From positions 1 to 50,628 of the forward strand of contig JAHIOM010000036.1 of NCBI GenBank assembly GCA_018895235.1: DNA of 50,628 nucleotides, given 5' to 3'. This DNA comes from Patescibacteria group bacterium. Lineage in GTDB: Bacteria > Patescibacteriota > Minisyncoccia > Minisyncoccales > Staskawiczbacteraceae. Shown here piece by piece: positions 10,117 to 19,165 of this stretch; position 1 is the first letter of the stretch, and the number at the start of each line of letters is the position of its first letter. The notes below the pieces were generated by a model that had not been told where the DNA came from, searched no databases, and saw only the letters and a list, made by a program, of their open reading frames with translations. Position numbers and translations under genes: made by a program.

Positions 10117-10155
10117 ACCCCAGTTAAATATTGGCTTTGCCAATTTAACGGGGCA
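10117..10155. repeat. Bulged-hairpin mini-element, family A, copy 1
   Basis: ACCCC-A-GTTAAATATTGGC-TTT-GCCAATTTAAC-GGGGCA; near-identical copy at 10962-11000. Confidence 0.8.
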
Positions 10156-10217
10156 AGGAATAAAAATTATGGGAAATTTGTTAAATTTTAACTCAAACAA
10201 ATTACAAACAAAAGGCC

Positions 10218-10298
10218 TTGACAGGGGTCCTGAGTTTGCTATAATTATAATAGTTAATCCCACCGCCCTCTCGGTTTACCGGGACGGCGGTTTTTTTT
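10218..10298 (+). promoter_or_regulatory. Promoter plus terminator-ended leader (putative sRNA) preceding an NYN gene
   Basis: TTGACA(10218)-16 bp-TATAAT(10240) with TGC extension; hairpin ACCGCC..GGCGGT 10262-10291, then a T-run directly before the ATG. Confidence 0.65.
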
Positions 10299-10859
10299 AT
10301 GAAAAGAGCATTCGTCTTTATTGACGGCGGTAATTTTTATTTTAAATTAAAAGATTTAACATCTAAATTAGATGGAAAATATAGTTTGCTTGATTTTGAA
10401 TTTAGAAAATTTGCCGAATGGTTAGTTACGCCAAACGAATTATTAGAAATTAGGTATTATCTCGGAGCGATTAAGCGCGAACGCAACAATCCAAAGAGCG
10501 AACAGTTATATGCAAATCAGCAAAAACTTATTGGAAAACTCCAGCAGCAGAATATTATTATCACCTTGGGTCATGTTATCCGCCACCCAGACAAAACCCA
10601 CCACGAGAAAGGTGTCGATGTCCGTTTAGCGGTAGAAATGATTAAATTTGCCAGAGAGAATAAGTATGATATTGCTTATTTGGTGAGTTCTGATACGGAT
10701 TTAGTAGCAGCGGTTGAAGAAGTCCGGGCCTTTGGCAAAAAAGTTCAATATGTAGGAATTCCTAAGGGCCAATCGTATGGTCTTTCAACTGTTGCTGACG
10801 ATGTTAGATTATTACGGCCGGAAGAAATAGAACAATTTTTACCTCCGTCGCTTATATAA
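10299..10859 (+). CDS. NYN domain (LabA/DUF88, PIN-like) putative RNase
   Basis: FIDGGNF, EKGVDVRLAVEM, SSDTDL acidic motifs. Confidence 0.9.
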   Translation: MKRAFVFIDGGNFYFKLKDLTSKLDGKYSLLDFEFRKFAEWLVTPNELLEIRYYLGAIKRERNNPKSEQLYANQQKLIGKLQQQNIIITLGHVIRHPDKTHHEKGVDVRLAVEMIKFARENKYDIAYLVSSDTDLVAAVEEVRAFGKKVQYVGIPKGQSYGLSTVADDVRLLRPEEIEQFLPPSLI

Positions 10860-10904
10860 AAATTAAGAAAAATAGCGTTAGCTCTATTTTTAACAAAAAC
10901 TCGA

Positions 10905-11041
10905 ACCCTTCGATGGTTCGACAGGCTCACCACAGACAAACTCAGGGCAAGAAATTAATTGACCCCAGTTAAATATTGGCTTCGTCAATTTAACAGGGCA
11001 AGGGAACCCTAGTAGAAGAAACGAAGTTTCTCTACGGGGTA
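10905..11041. repeat. Stack of four mini-elements at one junction
   Basis: ACCCTTCGA..CAAACTCAGGGCA (10905-10949) containing TGGTTCGACAGGCTCACCACA (10914-10934); family A copies at 10962-11000 and 11006-11041. Confidence 0.8.
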
Positions 11042-11084
11042 AGTAAAAATTATGGAAGATAAAATTTTTGGAGATAAATAATCC

Positions 11085-12926
11085 ATGAAAGAAAAAATTA
11101 GGAAAATAAAAAACAGAAAAAATTGGCATTTCGACAAATACTTGGAGAAAATTAAAGTCTTAGCGGTTTCACGTCGAACCGTTATTTTAGTAGTAATTAT
11201 TTCTTTTCTAACTGTTGCAGGAATTAGTTATGGCGCAATTGGCTACCATAAAATATCAAAAGCGATAGAACAAGCCAGACAATTTACAAAAGAAGAAAAA
11301 TTTGAGGAAGCGATTAATGAACTAGGTCTCGCTCAAATTAGCGGGGTTGTTAAAATAGGAATAAAAAAGCAGGAAATTAATAATGAAATAGAAAAAAATA
11401 AAAAGCTTATTGAAGAAAAATCAAAATATAATAATGCATTGAGCGAACTTAATGAAGAAAGTTATCAAAAGGCAATTAGTTCTTTTTCAAATATTACTGA
11501 AGACTCTCTTTATTATCAAAAAGCCCAAACCAAAATAGAAGAAGCAAAGAGGAAAATGGTAGAAGGGAAACTTTCTGAAGAACAAGTAGCTCGAAAATCA
11601 GCAGAAGTAAAAGCGAAACAAGAAGAATTTGAAAAAAATTTAAAAGAGAAGCAACTAGCGGATAAGGCTGCGGAAGAAAAAATGATGAATACTGACAATG
11701 ATGGCGATAGCCTAACTTATAGAAGAGAATTAGAGTTAGGAACTTCTGATTGGAATATTGATTCTGATGGTGATGGAATAATTGATAGTAAAGACACTCA
11801 TCCAGCTGGTGGAGGACGAAATATACCCCAAACATTTGCTTGGAATTATGGCGGATATAATTGGACTTTTACAACATCAATTGCCGAAGATTGGTACGAC
11901 TATTATAAGGCTAAACCTCGGCTTCCCGCGACTAGCGTAGAGTATATAACTTATAATGACCCATTTATACAAAGAATAAGTAATAAAATACTTGAAGAGT
12001 CTAAAAAAGATAATCTTTGCGAAGCTTGTTTGGCCGCCGCATTTATACAAAGTCTTCCATATATCGAGGATGTATATACCGGTTACGACGAATACCCGAA
12101 ATATCCAATTGAAACCTTTTTCGAAAAGAACGGAGATTGCGAGGACACTAGTTATCTTACAGCTTCTATTATTTTAGCAATGAATATAGATGCTGTTCTT
12201 ATTTTACTCCCAGGACATATGGCGGTTGGTGTTTGGGCAAATTGTGATAATCCTGGCACATATTATAAATTAGGGGATAAATGTTACTACTATATTGAAA
12301 CAACAGGAGATGGTTTTAAATTGGGTGATATACCAAATGAATATCGTTATACTGCCGCCACATTAGTAAAAATTCCTTCTGGAGAAAATATTGCCGTAGC
12401 TCCACAATATAAAAAGCCGTGTGACCCATCGCCGTACTTCATCGGATATTATTATAGCGGAGCTGATTTCTATTCAGATGCCCAATGCAATTATCAAACC
12501 AATTGCTTGCCATGGTCTAGTTATGTTTCAGCTTCTTCTCTTTCCGGATATTATTATAATTCTCAGTTAGAACAAACATATCATGACTCATCTTGTACTC
12601 AGATAGCAGTTAAGGGATGCTATAAATCAAAAACCTATTCAGGATATTTTTACAAATCAGGACTTGCCTGGTATTACGATTCTCAATGTACTCAAACATA
12701 TCAATCTATGACCTGTAGCTATCCCTATTCCTATGTTTATTCTTGTACAACTGAAAGCGGCTATAACTCTAAAAAAAGCAACTGTGATTATTATGCTTCG
12801 TCAGAGTATCTTAAGTCTTTAGCAGAAAGTTGTTATGCCGGACTCGATAAGTGTAGAAGTGATATAAATGAGTACCAAAGTAAGCTGAATGAATATAATG
12901 CGTGTACGGCCAGGAAAGAATATTAA
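11085..12926 (+). CDS. Membrane-anchored multidomain protein: helical/coiled-coil, Ca-binding TSP3-like repeat, transglutaminase-like domain, Cys/Tyr-rich repeats
   Basis: TM segment; DNDGDSL/DSDGDGIID; GDCEDTSYL..GHMAVG; three YY..D..C repeats near the C-terminus. Confidence 0.7.
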   Translation: MKEKIRKIKNRKNWHFDKYLEKIKVLAVSRRTVILVVIISFLTVAGISYGAIGYHKISKAIEQARQFTKEEKFEEAINELGLAQISGVVKIGIKKQEINNEIEKNKKLIEEKSKYNNALSELNEESYQKAISSFSNITEDSLYYQKAQTKIEEAKRKMVEGKLSEEQVARKSAEVKAKQEEFEKNLKEKQLADKAAEEKMMNTDNDGDSLTYRRELELGTSDWNIDSDGDGIIDSKDTHPAGGGRNIPQTFAWNYGGYNWTFTTSIAEDWYDYYKAKPRLPATSVEYITYNDPFIQRISNKILEESKKDNLCEACLAAAFIQSLPYIEDVYTGYDEYPKYPIETFFEKNGDCEDTSYLTASIILAMNIDAVLILLPGHMAVGVWANCDNPGTYYKLGDKCYYYIETTGDGFKLGDIPNEYRYTAATLVKIPSGENIAVAPQYKKPCDPSPYFIGYYYSGADFYSDAQCNYQTNCLPWSSYVSASSLSGYYYNSQLEQTYHDSSCTQIAVKGCYKSKTYSGYFYKSGLAWYYDSQCTQTYQSMTCSYPYSYVYSCTTESGYNSKKSNCDYYASSEYLKSLAESCYAGLDKCRSDINEYQSKLNEYNACTARKEY

Positions 12927-13135
12927 TTTCTCTGTTTCGTGTTTTTAAAATTAGAAAAATCATCAAGGAAGATTACGGAAAAGAAATTTCTGATAAAGAA
13001 GTTAGTAAAATAGGCAACGGCCTCATTAATTATTTTAAATTATCTTTGGGAAATTAACAGCAGGAGAAAATTTTATAAAAAATAGTGTTAACCATGGTTT
13101 TAGTTGGAAAAATTTTCTTTAAAATTTAAAAAGAA

Positions 13136-13645
13136 ATGAAATTAAAAATCATTCCGTATAATAAAAACGTTTCGGAAAGATTTAAAAAAGAGAAGAAAAA
13201 GATTTTAAGAGTTGTTAGAAGGTGCAAGGTTTGGCATATTGGAAGTACTGCGACACCAGGTTTAGGAGGCAAAGGAATTGTTGATATAATGCTTGGAATA
13301 AAAAATTGGAAATATCCGGAAAGTACAATTAAAAAATTAAAAAAGATAGGCTTTAAACACATTCATTCTAAAGAAAAGGGAAGAATTTTTTTGAGCAAAA
13401 ACAAGACGCTTTCTTTGGGTAATATCCACATTCATATTGTCAAAATAGGAAGCAAAACCCAAAAAGAGATTTTGTATTTTAGAGATTATTTAAGGAAAAA
13501 TAAAAAAGAGGCTGAAAGATATTTTAATTTTAAAAAGAAATGGCTAAAAGAATCTTGTAGAAATAGAAAAAAATACAAAAAACTAAAATCTAAATATATT
13601 AACAAGGTTTTATATGGCAAGAAATTAATTAAAAATAATAAATAA
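13136..13645 (+). CDS. GrpB family protein
   Basis: HIGSTATPG..GKGIVDIM, HIHIV, FRDYLR. Confidence 0.85.
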   Translation: MKLKIIPYNKNVSERFKKEKKKILRVVRRCKVWHIGSTATPGLGGKGIVDIMLGIKNWKYPESTIKKLKKIGFKHIHSKEKGRIFLSKNKTLSLGNIHIHIVKIGSKTQKEILYFRDYLRKNKKEAERYFNFKKKWLKESCRNRKKYKKLKSKYINKVLYGKKLIKNNK

Positions 13646-13646
13646 T

Positions 13647-13958
13647 ATGGAATTTAAAGAAATTCAAAAAAAGGTAATTGATAACGCCATCAATTATGGG
13701 AAAAAATACAACGTAAAAATTGATGAAGATTTTGCATTATTTAAATTATATGAAGAGGTGGGGGAATTGGCTCAAGATGTTTTAATTCATAGAAAAAAAT
13801 GCAGACCCGAAAAATATCTTCCGGAAGAAAAATCAAAAGAAGAATTAGCAAAAGAACTTGCAGACGTTTTAGGAATGATAATAGTAAATGCTCATCTTTT
13901 AGACATTGATTTAGAGGATGCAATAAATAAAAAGTGGATTAACAAAGAAAAAAGTTAA
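13647..13958 (+). CDS. MazG-like NTP pyrophosphohydrolase, copy 1
   Basis: KLYEEVGELAQ...ELADVL acidic motif. Confidence 0.8.
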   Translation: MEFKEIQKKVIDNAINYGKKYNVKIDEDFALFKLYEEVGELAQDVLIHRKKCRPEKYLPEEKSKEELAKELADVLGMIIVNAHLLDIDLEDAINKKWINKEKS

Positions 13959-14175
13959 AATAATCAAAATTTAGGCCGAAGTTGAATTATGAAGAAGTAT
14001 TCGTCAAATCGTGCGCAAAAAGGAAAAACTGCTTACCGGACGCCAAGCCGGTTTATTTATAAAATGACGCTTAAATCTATAAAAAATAAATGCAGAATTC
14101 CTCGATAAACTAAACAAAGTTAAACTTAATCAAATTAAGTACAAGTCGCCGAATTATAGAAAAGAGAATTAATTG

Positions 14176-14240
14176 ACCCATCACTGCCAACCCACCACTA
14201 CCAAAAATTGGTGTAGGGGTAAAAATTTGGTGTGAGGGCG
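14176..14240. repeat. Family A element with a sibling nested in its loop
   Basis: ACCCATCACTGCCA[ACCCACCACTACCAAAAATTGGTGTAGGGGTA 14190-14221]AAAATTTGGTGTGAGGGCG. Confidence 0.75.
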
Positions 14241-14317
14241 AGGTCGAAGTTTAAGAAATTTATGATAAAATTAAAGTAATGACTGCCCTTTTTCTAAAAA
14301 ATCAAATAACAACCAAC

Positions 14318-14866
14318 ATGATTTATGTTTTTATAGACGCATCAAATGTTTGGAACGCGGTCAAGTCGGTAAAAAAGTTTATTGAATACAAAACTCTTAA
14401 AGATTATTTTAGGAAAAATTTTAACGCAGACAAGGTTGAAATTTTTTATTACGACGCTTATCCAAAAGCCGGAACAAGAGATTATGACTTGGGTGGAAAG
14501 CATAAGTTCTTTACTTATCTTAAGAAAGGGCTTGGGTTTACCGTAAGAAAAAAAGAGTTAAAAAGAATCTCTGTTATTGGCGAGAGCGGAGAATCTATTA
14601 TAGAAAAAGGAAATATGGATGTGGAAATAACGATTGACGCAATGCATAACATTCATAAATATAACATAGCCATCTTTTTTAGCGGTGACGCTGATTTTCT
14701 TGCACTGGTGAATTATCTGAAAAATAACGGTAAAAAGGTCTATATTTTTTCGTCAAAAGACAATATTTCTCACGAACTAAAAACTGGCGGGGATGGTTAT
14801 TTTGATTTGAAAGATATACATGAATTTTGGGGTAAAGATTTAAAACACCGCGAAAAATTAGTATAA
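14318..14866 (+). CDS. NYN domain putative RNase, copy 2 (divergent; ORF track start 14279)
   Basis: FIDASN, KGNMDVEITID, SGDADF. Confidence 0.9.
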   Translation: MIYVFIDASNVWNAVKSVKKFIEYKTLKDYFRKNFNADKVEIFYYDAYPKAGTRDYDLGGKHKFFTYLKKGLGFTVRKKELKRISVIGESGESIIEKGNMDVEITIDAMHNIHKYNIAIFFSGDADFLALVNYLKNNGKKVYIFSSKDNISHELKTGGDGYFDLKDIHEFWGKDLKHREKLV

Positions 14867-14867
14867 A

Positions 14868-14975
14868 CGAAAACCACCCTCAATTAAGAGGGTGGCCCTA
14901 GGATGTATAACCCTAACGGTTCTATGGAAGAACCGAAAGACGATTTAAGTATAGCAAGCCATAAGGGTTTGTCAA
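14868..14975 (-). ncRNA. Putative small RNA transcription unit convergent with NYN copy 2
   Basis: Minus-strand TTGACA(14975-14970)-16 bp-TATACT(14953-14948) with TGC extension; internal hairpins; terminal hairpin CCACCCTC/GAGGGTGG plus T-rich tail. Confidence 0.55.
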
Positions 14976-14992
14976 GAGTTGAAAATAATCCA

Positions 14993-15032
14993 ACCCCAGT
15001 AGTAGTCCCGTTAAGCGGGACACTACGTGGCA
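14993..15032. repeat. Family A element
   Basis: ACCCC-A-GTAGTAGTCCCG-TTAAG-CGGGACACTAC-GTGGCA, followed by AGTAAAATTATG. Confidence 0.75.
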
Positions 15033-15041
15033 AGTAAAATT

Positions 15042-15371
15042 ATGGAAAAAGAAGGACAAAAAAACCAAATTATTCCAAAAATTGAAGAGTTTTTTAAAGT
15101 ACCAGAGCGAGTGGCTGATAAAATTAAAATTATTGCGGAAAAGGTTAGGGGTGGTTATGTTGTGATTGAAACTAGACCTCGTTGGGATGGAACTCCTGGG
15201 CCTTGGACAAGAAGTCCAGTTGCTAAATTTGTTTTTCATAATCCCTCTTTGTCATGGAGACTTTATTGGATGCGTGCTTCTGGGAAATGGTGGTTTTATG
15301 GAACTTATAAAACATTAGATAAAGTATTGAAAATAATAAAAGGAGATAAAGACGGCTGTTTTTGGGGTTAA
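15042..15371 (+). CDS. DUF3024-like protein
   Basis: PVAKFVF...WRLYWMRASGKW; start placed at the AAAATTATG context. Confidence 0.7.
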   Translation: MEKEGQKNQIIPKIEEFFKVPERVADKIKIIAEKVRGGYVVIETRPRWDGTPGPWTRSPVAKFVFHNPSLSWRLYWMRASGKWWFYGTYKTLDKVLKIIKGDKDGCFWG

Positions 15372-15384
15372 AAATAAAAAAATA

Positions 15385-16290
15385 ATGAAAAAGTTTTTTG
15401 AGAAAAATAAAATATTTTTGGCGATTGTGGTTGGAGCTTTAATTATTGGCGGAGCGATTTATTTATCCAGTATAAATAGGGGAGAGGTTGCTGAGAAATC
15501 ACCGGCGACAGGAGAAAATTGCCAGAATATCCCCGAACTTCCGGATAATACCTTAAAATTGGCGACGAAAATTATTGACGGCGATACTTTTTTGATTGAG
15601 GGCGGCGCTTCAGTAAGAATTTTGGGAATTGACGCTGACGAAAGGGGATATCCTTGTTATGATGCAGCGAAAAATAAATTGGAAGAACTTATTTTGAACA
15701 AAGAAGTAAAATTAGAAAAAGGTCCGGAAAATATCGACCAGTACTGCCGCTATCTAAGATATGTTATTTCTGATGGTCAGAATATCTCTTTGGAGCTGGT
15801 AAAAGAGGGGATGGCAGTGGCGAGATTTTCTCCAGAAGGCACAAAATACCGCGAAGAAATCACTCAAGCCGAAAAAGAAGCCAAAGAGAATAAAGTTGGC
15901 TGCAAGTGGTCTGCCTCCATTGTTCCAGACAGCGGAGTTATGGAGAATAAAGAATTTCAATGGGAAAAGTTAACCCCGGAATTAACGGGACTAAAGGTTA
16001 TTGGCGCCTGTAGCGCCGGTAATTATTACGGGAGGGAGGTAATTGTTGAGGGAAAAATTGCTGATGCTTATTGTTCAAAAACCAATACTGTATTTTTAAA
16101 TTTTGAAAAACCATATCCGAATCATTGCTTTGTCGGAGTGATTTTCAGTTCAGACCAGTATAAATTTGTCCAAAATCCTGAAAATTATTACTCAAATAAA
16201 AATGTTAGAATAAGAGGTGAAATTAAAGAATACCAAGGAAAGCCGGAAATTATTCTAAATGATCCGTCTCAAATCGAAATCGGCAAGTAA
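15385..16290 (+). CDS. Membrane-anchored thermonuclease (SNase) with C-terminal OB-like domain
   Basis: IIDGDTF, VRILGIDADE, DQYCRYLRYV; C-terminal IRGEIKEYQGKPEII. Confidence 0.85.
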   Translation: MKKFFEKNKIFLAIVVGALIIGGAIYLSSINRGEVAEKSPATGENCQNIPELPDNTLKLATKIIDGDTFLIEGGASVRILGIDADERGYPCYDAAKNKLEELILNKEVKLEKGPENIDQYCRYLRYVISDGQNISLELVKEGMAVARFSPEGTKYREEITQAEKEAKENKVGCKWSASIVPDSGVMENKEFQWEKLTPELTGLKVIGACSAGNYYGREVIVEGKIADAYCSKTNTVFLNFEKPYPNHCFVGVIFSSDQYKFVQNPENYYSNKNVRIRGEIKEYQGKPEIILNDPSQIEIGK

Positions 16291-16301
16291 AAATTAAAAA
16301 T

Positions 16302-16961
16302 ATGAAAAACCCAGAACAAGTTCCGAATCAAGAATTAGAGATTAATCCAAAGAAAGAAATAAGCCCAGAGTTAGTTAGGGCTATAGAACAAGAAGCTCTT
16401 CATGTAGATGATAAAGTTAATATACTTTTAACTAAAGCTGGCTTAAAACCAGCCTCGGAGATTACTCTAACTATAAGGACTTGGAACGAGGAAGAAAATA
16501 ACAAGCATATGGCAGAAGACGATATTCAAAGAGATGTTTGGATTATTAAAGAATTAGGGATACCGGTTCAATTCGGAAGCAGAGAAGTTGTTGAGATAGT
16601 GGAAGATAACAAAAAATATCATCGCGAAGAAATACGAATTTTAATAGGGAAAACCCAAAAAGATTTAGATTTTCTTATAGAAGCGCAGAAATCTAAAGAT
16701 AATGAACTATTGGGTAGGGCGTATGGATTTCCGTCCACCGCCGTAGATGCCTGGGTGGGGAAGGGGAAAAAACTTGACGTTAGAAGGTTGCCTAAAAAGA
16801 TTAGAGAGAGCGAAGCGATGCTTTTTTCTTCTCCAACGCTTTCGGCAGATAATTGGCGAAAGGAAATTGAACAGGGGCAACGAGACGCAGATTATATCAA
16901 GGGTATAAGCCCTTTTATTTATAAAGAATTGATAGAGATGATGAAAAGAAGCAGGAAATAA
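16302..16961 (+). CDS. Hypothetical protein
   Basis: 219-aa ORF containing GRAYGFPSTAV. Confidence 0.6.
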   Translation: MKNPEQVPNQELEINPKKEISPELVRAIEQEALHVDDKVNILLTKAGLKPASEITLTIRTWNEEENNKHMAEDDIQRDVWIIKELGIPVQFGSREVVEIVEDNKKYHREEIRILIGKTQKDLDFLIEAQKSKDNELLGRAYGFPSTAVDAWVGKGKKLDVRRLPKKIRESEAMLFSSPTLSADNWRKEIEQGQRDADYIKGISPFIYKELIEMMKRSRK

Positions 16962-17024
16962 CTTTTTGTACCATTGAAAAGTTGAAAAGGGGTCAGGAGC
17001 CTTTTCTTAATAAAAATTAATTAA

Positions 17025-17062
17025 GCCCCGCAAAATAGCAGTGATACTGCCATCGCGGGGCA
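17025..17062. repeat. Family A-like hairpin element
   Basis: GCCCCGC..GCAGT-GAT-ACTGC..GCGGGGCA, between AAAATTAATTAA and AGTAAAAATTATG. Confidence 0.65.
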
Positions 17063-17072
17063 AGTAAAAATT

Positions 17073-17744
17073 ATGGATGAAAAATTTCAAAAAATTAAAG
17101 AGGTAGTTGAGAAAGAACTTTCTTGTTCTGCTCATAGTATGGACCACGTTATGAGGGTCTATAACCTGTCTTTACATTTTGCTAAAAATGAAGACGTGGA
17201 TTCGGATGTATTAAAGGCGTCTGCCTTATTACATGATATCGCCAGAGTAAAAGAAGATAATGATTCTACGGGAAACACTGACCATGCAATTTTAAGCTCA
17301 AAAATGGCAGAGCCGATTTTAAGAGAGCTTGGATTTTCTGAAGAAAAAATTAAGCATATCCAAGATTGTATTATTTCACATAGATACAGAACGGGAAACA
17401 AGCCAAAAACAAAGGAAGCTCAGATTCTGTTTGACGCAGATAAATTAGATGTCGTAGGAGCCATTGGCATTGCCCGAAGTTTTGTTTGGGTTGGTAGAAA
17501 TAATGCTAAGATTTATGCCGATGTAAATATTGATGAATATATTAAAGATAATTTAGGAGGGAAAATCAATGGAAGAATACAGGACAAAACCAAACATAGT
17601 CCGCAAATAGAATTTGAAACAAAGTTGAAGTTTTTAACGGATAAATTATATACTGACAAAGCTAAAACAATAGGCAAAGAAAGATCAGGGTTCTATAAAA
17701 GTTTTTTAGATAGATTAGAAAAAGAAATCAATGGCGAATTGTAG
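17073..17744 (+). CDS. HD-domain phosphohydrolase
   Basis: HSMDHVMRV, LLHDIAR, SHRY, DADKLD. Confidence 0.9.
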   Translation: MDEKFQKIKEVVEKELSCSAHSMDHVMRVYNLSLHFAKNEDVDSDVLKASALLHDIARVKEDNDSTGNTDHAILSSKMAEPILRELGFSEEKIKHIQDCIISHRYRTGNKPKTKEAQILFDADKLDVVGAIGIARSFVWVGRNNAKIYADVNIDEYIKDNLGGKINGRIQDKTKHSPQIEFETKLKFLTDKLYTDKAKTIGKERSGFYKSFLDRLEKEINGEL

Positions 17745-17753
17745 TTTAAAAAT

Positions 17754-18161
17754 ATGATTATAACTATTTGTGGATCAATAAAATTCTTTGAACAAATGCT
17801 TGAGGTGAAGAGCAATCTTGAGAAAATTGGGCATACCGTCCTCATGCCTATAAAAGCAGACGGTGTTGACTACTGGTCAGAAGATAGTGCCGGCAGAGTT
17901 GAGGCAAAGAAAAAATTTGAATTTATTTCGGAACATATGAACAAGATAAAAAAGTCAGACGCAGTTCTAGTGGTAAATGTTACAAAAGGAGATATTAAAA
18001 ACTATATAGGAGCGAACACGTTTCTTGAGATTGGTTTTGCGCATTACATAAATAAAAAAATTTATCTGTTTAACGAAATTCCTAATCAAAAATATATTGA
18101 GGATGAAATTCTGACTATAGAGCCGATTGTACTAAATGGCGATTTAAGTAAAATAACCTGA
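17754..18161 (+). CDS. Hypothetical protein, possibly nucleoside 2-deoxyribosyltransferase-like fold
   Basis: ITICGS...SDAVLVVN...YIGANTFLEIGFA; family assignment from recall only. Confidence 0.45.
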   Translation: MIITICGSIKFFEQMLEVKSNLEKIGHTVLMPIKADGVDYWSEDSAGRVEAKKKFEFISEHMNKIKKSDAVLVVNVTKGDIKNYIGANTFLEIGFAHYINKKIYLFNEIPNQKYIEDEILTIEPIVLNGDLSKIT

Positions 18162-18204
18162 TAAAAAGAAAATATTGTTAGCTCTGGTTTTAATAAAAAC
18201 TCGG

Positions 18205-18226
18205 ACCCTTCGACAAGCTCAGGGCA
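18205..18226. repeat. REP-like element ACCCTTCGACAAGCTCAGGGCA (family B)
   Basis: Matches the outer element at 10905-10949 and the variant at 19252-19272. Confidence 0.75.
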
Positions 18227-18251
18227 AGAAATTAATTGAGGAATAAAATTT

Positions 18252-18998
18252 ATGATGATAGGCTATAATTTAGACAAAATAAAATTCGCTACGGACACAG
18301 CGACTTTTGAAAAGGCGGTTGAAATTTATGAATCGGACGGAGTAAAAAACTTTGAATTTGTCGGTTTGGGATTTTCCGCAAAGGTAAGGGGAAGCAAGGG
18401 GGATTTTTATAATGTTTTTGTATCTGCGAAACATTACGACAGGGGAAACTGCGATTGCTATCTCGGCCAAAATGAGACGCTTTGCAAACATTTAGTGGCC
18501 CTTGCGATTTACGTTGTTATGCGAGGCGATAAATTAAACGCGGAAGATAAAAAAACAATCAGCTCGCCCGAATGTAGCGAACGGTTGGGCGAATTAAGCA
18601 AAGAAGAATTGACTCGGATAAAAAAAGATATTGCGTTGGCAATGAAATACATAAAATCGTACACGGGGCCATCAAAGATTTGGTTTGCTTATCAGGATTC
18701 GCTTTGTGAAGGTTGCGCCCGTTTATCTAAAATAGTTTCAGAGTTGCCCGTGAGCGAGCAGATGGCAAAATTATTGGTTGATATGCTTTTGCGTCTTGAT
18801 AAAAAAATATCTTATGGTGTTGATGATTCAGACGGAACAGTGGGCGGATTTATTGAGGAAGTGGTTTTAATGCTTCAGGAATTTGTAAAAATTGATTCAA
18901 AATGTATCAGGGCGTTTAAAAAACTTTGCGGAAAAGAGACTATGTTTGGCTGGGAAGAACCGCTGGCAAAAATATTTGACGAGCAGGATATTGACTGA
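18252..18998 (+). CDS. SWIM zinc-finger protein
   Basis: CDCYLGQNETLCKHLVAL (CxC..CxH). Confidence 0.8.
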   Translation: MMIGYNLDKIKFATDTATFEKAVEIYESDGVKNFEFVGLGFSAKVRGSKGDFYNVFVSAKHYDRGNCDCYLGQNETLCKHLVALAIYVVMRGDKLNAEDKKTISSPECSERLGELSKEELTRIKKDIALAMKYIKSYTGPSKIWFAYQDSLCEGCARLSKIVSELPVSEQMAKLLVDMLLRLDKKISYGVDDSDGTVGGFIEEVVLMLQEFVKIDSKCIRAFKKLCGKETMFGWEEPLAKIFDEQDID

Positions 18999-19060
18999 CC
19001 GGGCAGGGCTAAACAGAGTTATGGAAAAATGGTGTCAACTCTGGTTTTTTACCCCGGTAG

Positions 19061-19165
19061 TTAAAAAAGGAGCTTAATATTGAGGAGGACGAGGAATCTG
19101 ATAGAGAGGATAAAGAAGAGGATAAAGAAGACGAATCAGTAAATCCTAAAGATATACCATTTTAA
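19061..19165 (+). pseudogene. 5'-truncated acidic tail remnant ending DIPF
   Basis: LKKELNIEEDEESDREDKEEDKEDESVNPKDIPF*; no start codon; begins right after a half family-A element (ACCCCGGTAG 19051-19060). Confidence 0.5.

Noticed and set aside
10169-10324. 51-aa ORF starting at the junction ATG
   Set aside because: It runs through a clear promoter and terminator and overlaps the NYN start; likely spurious.
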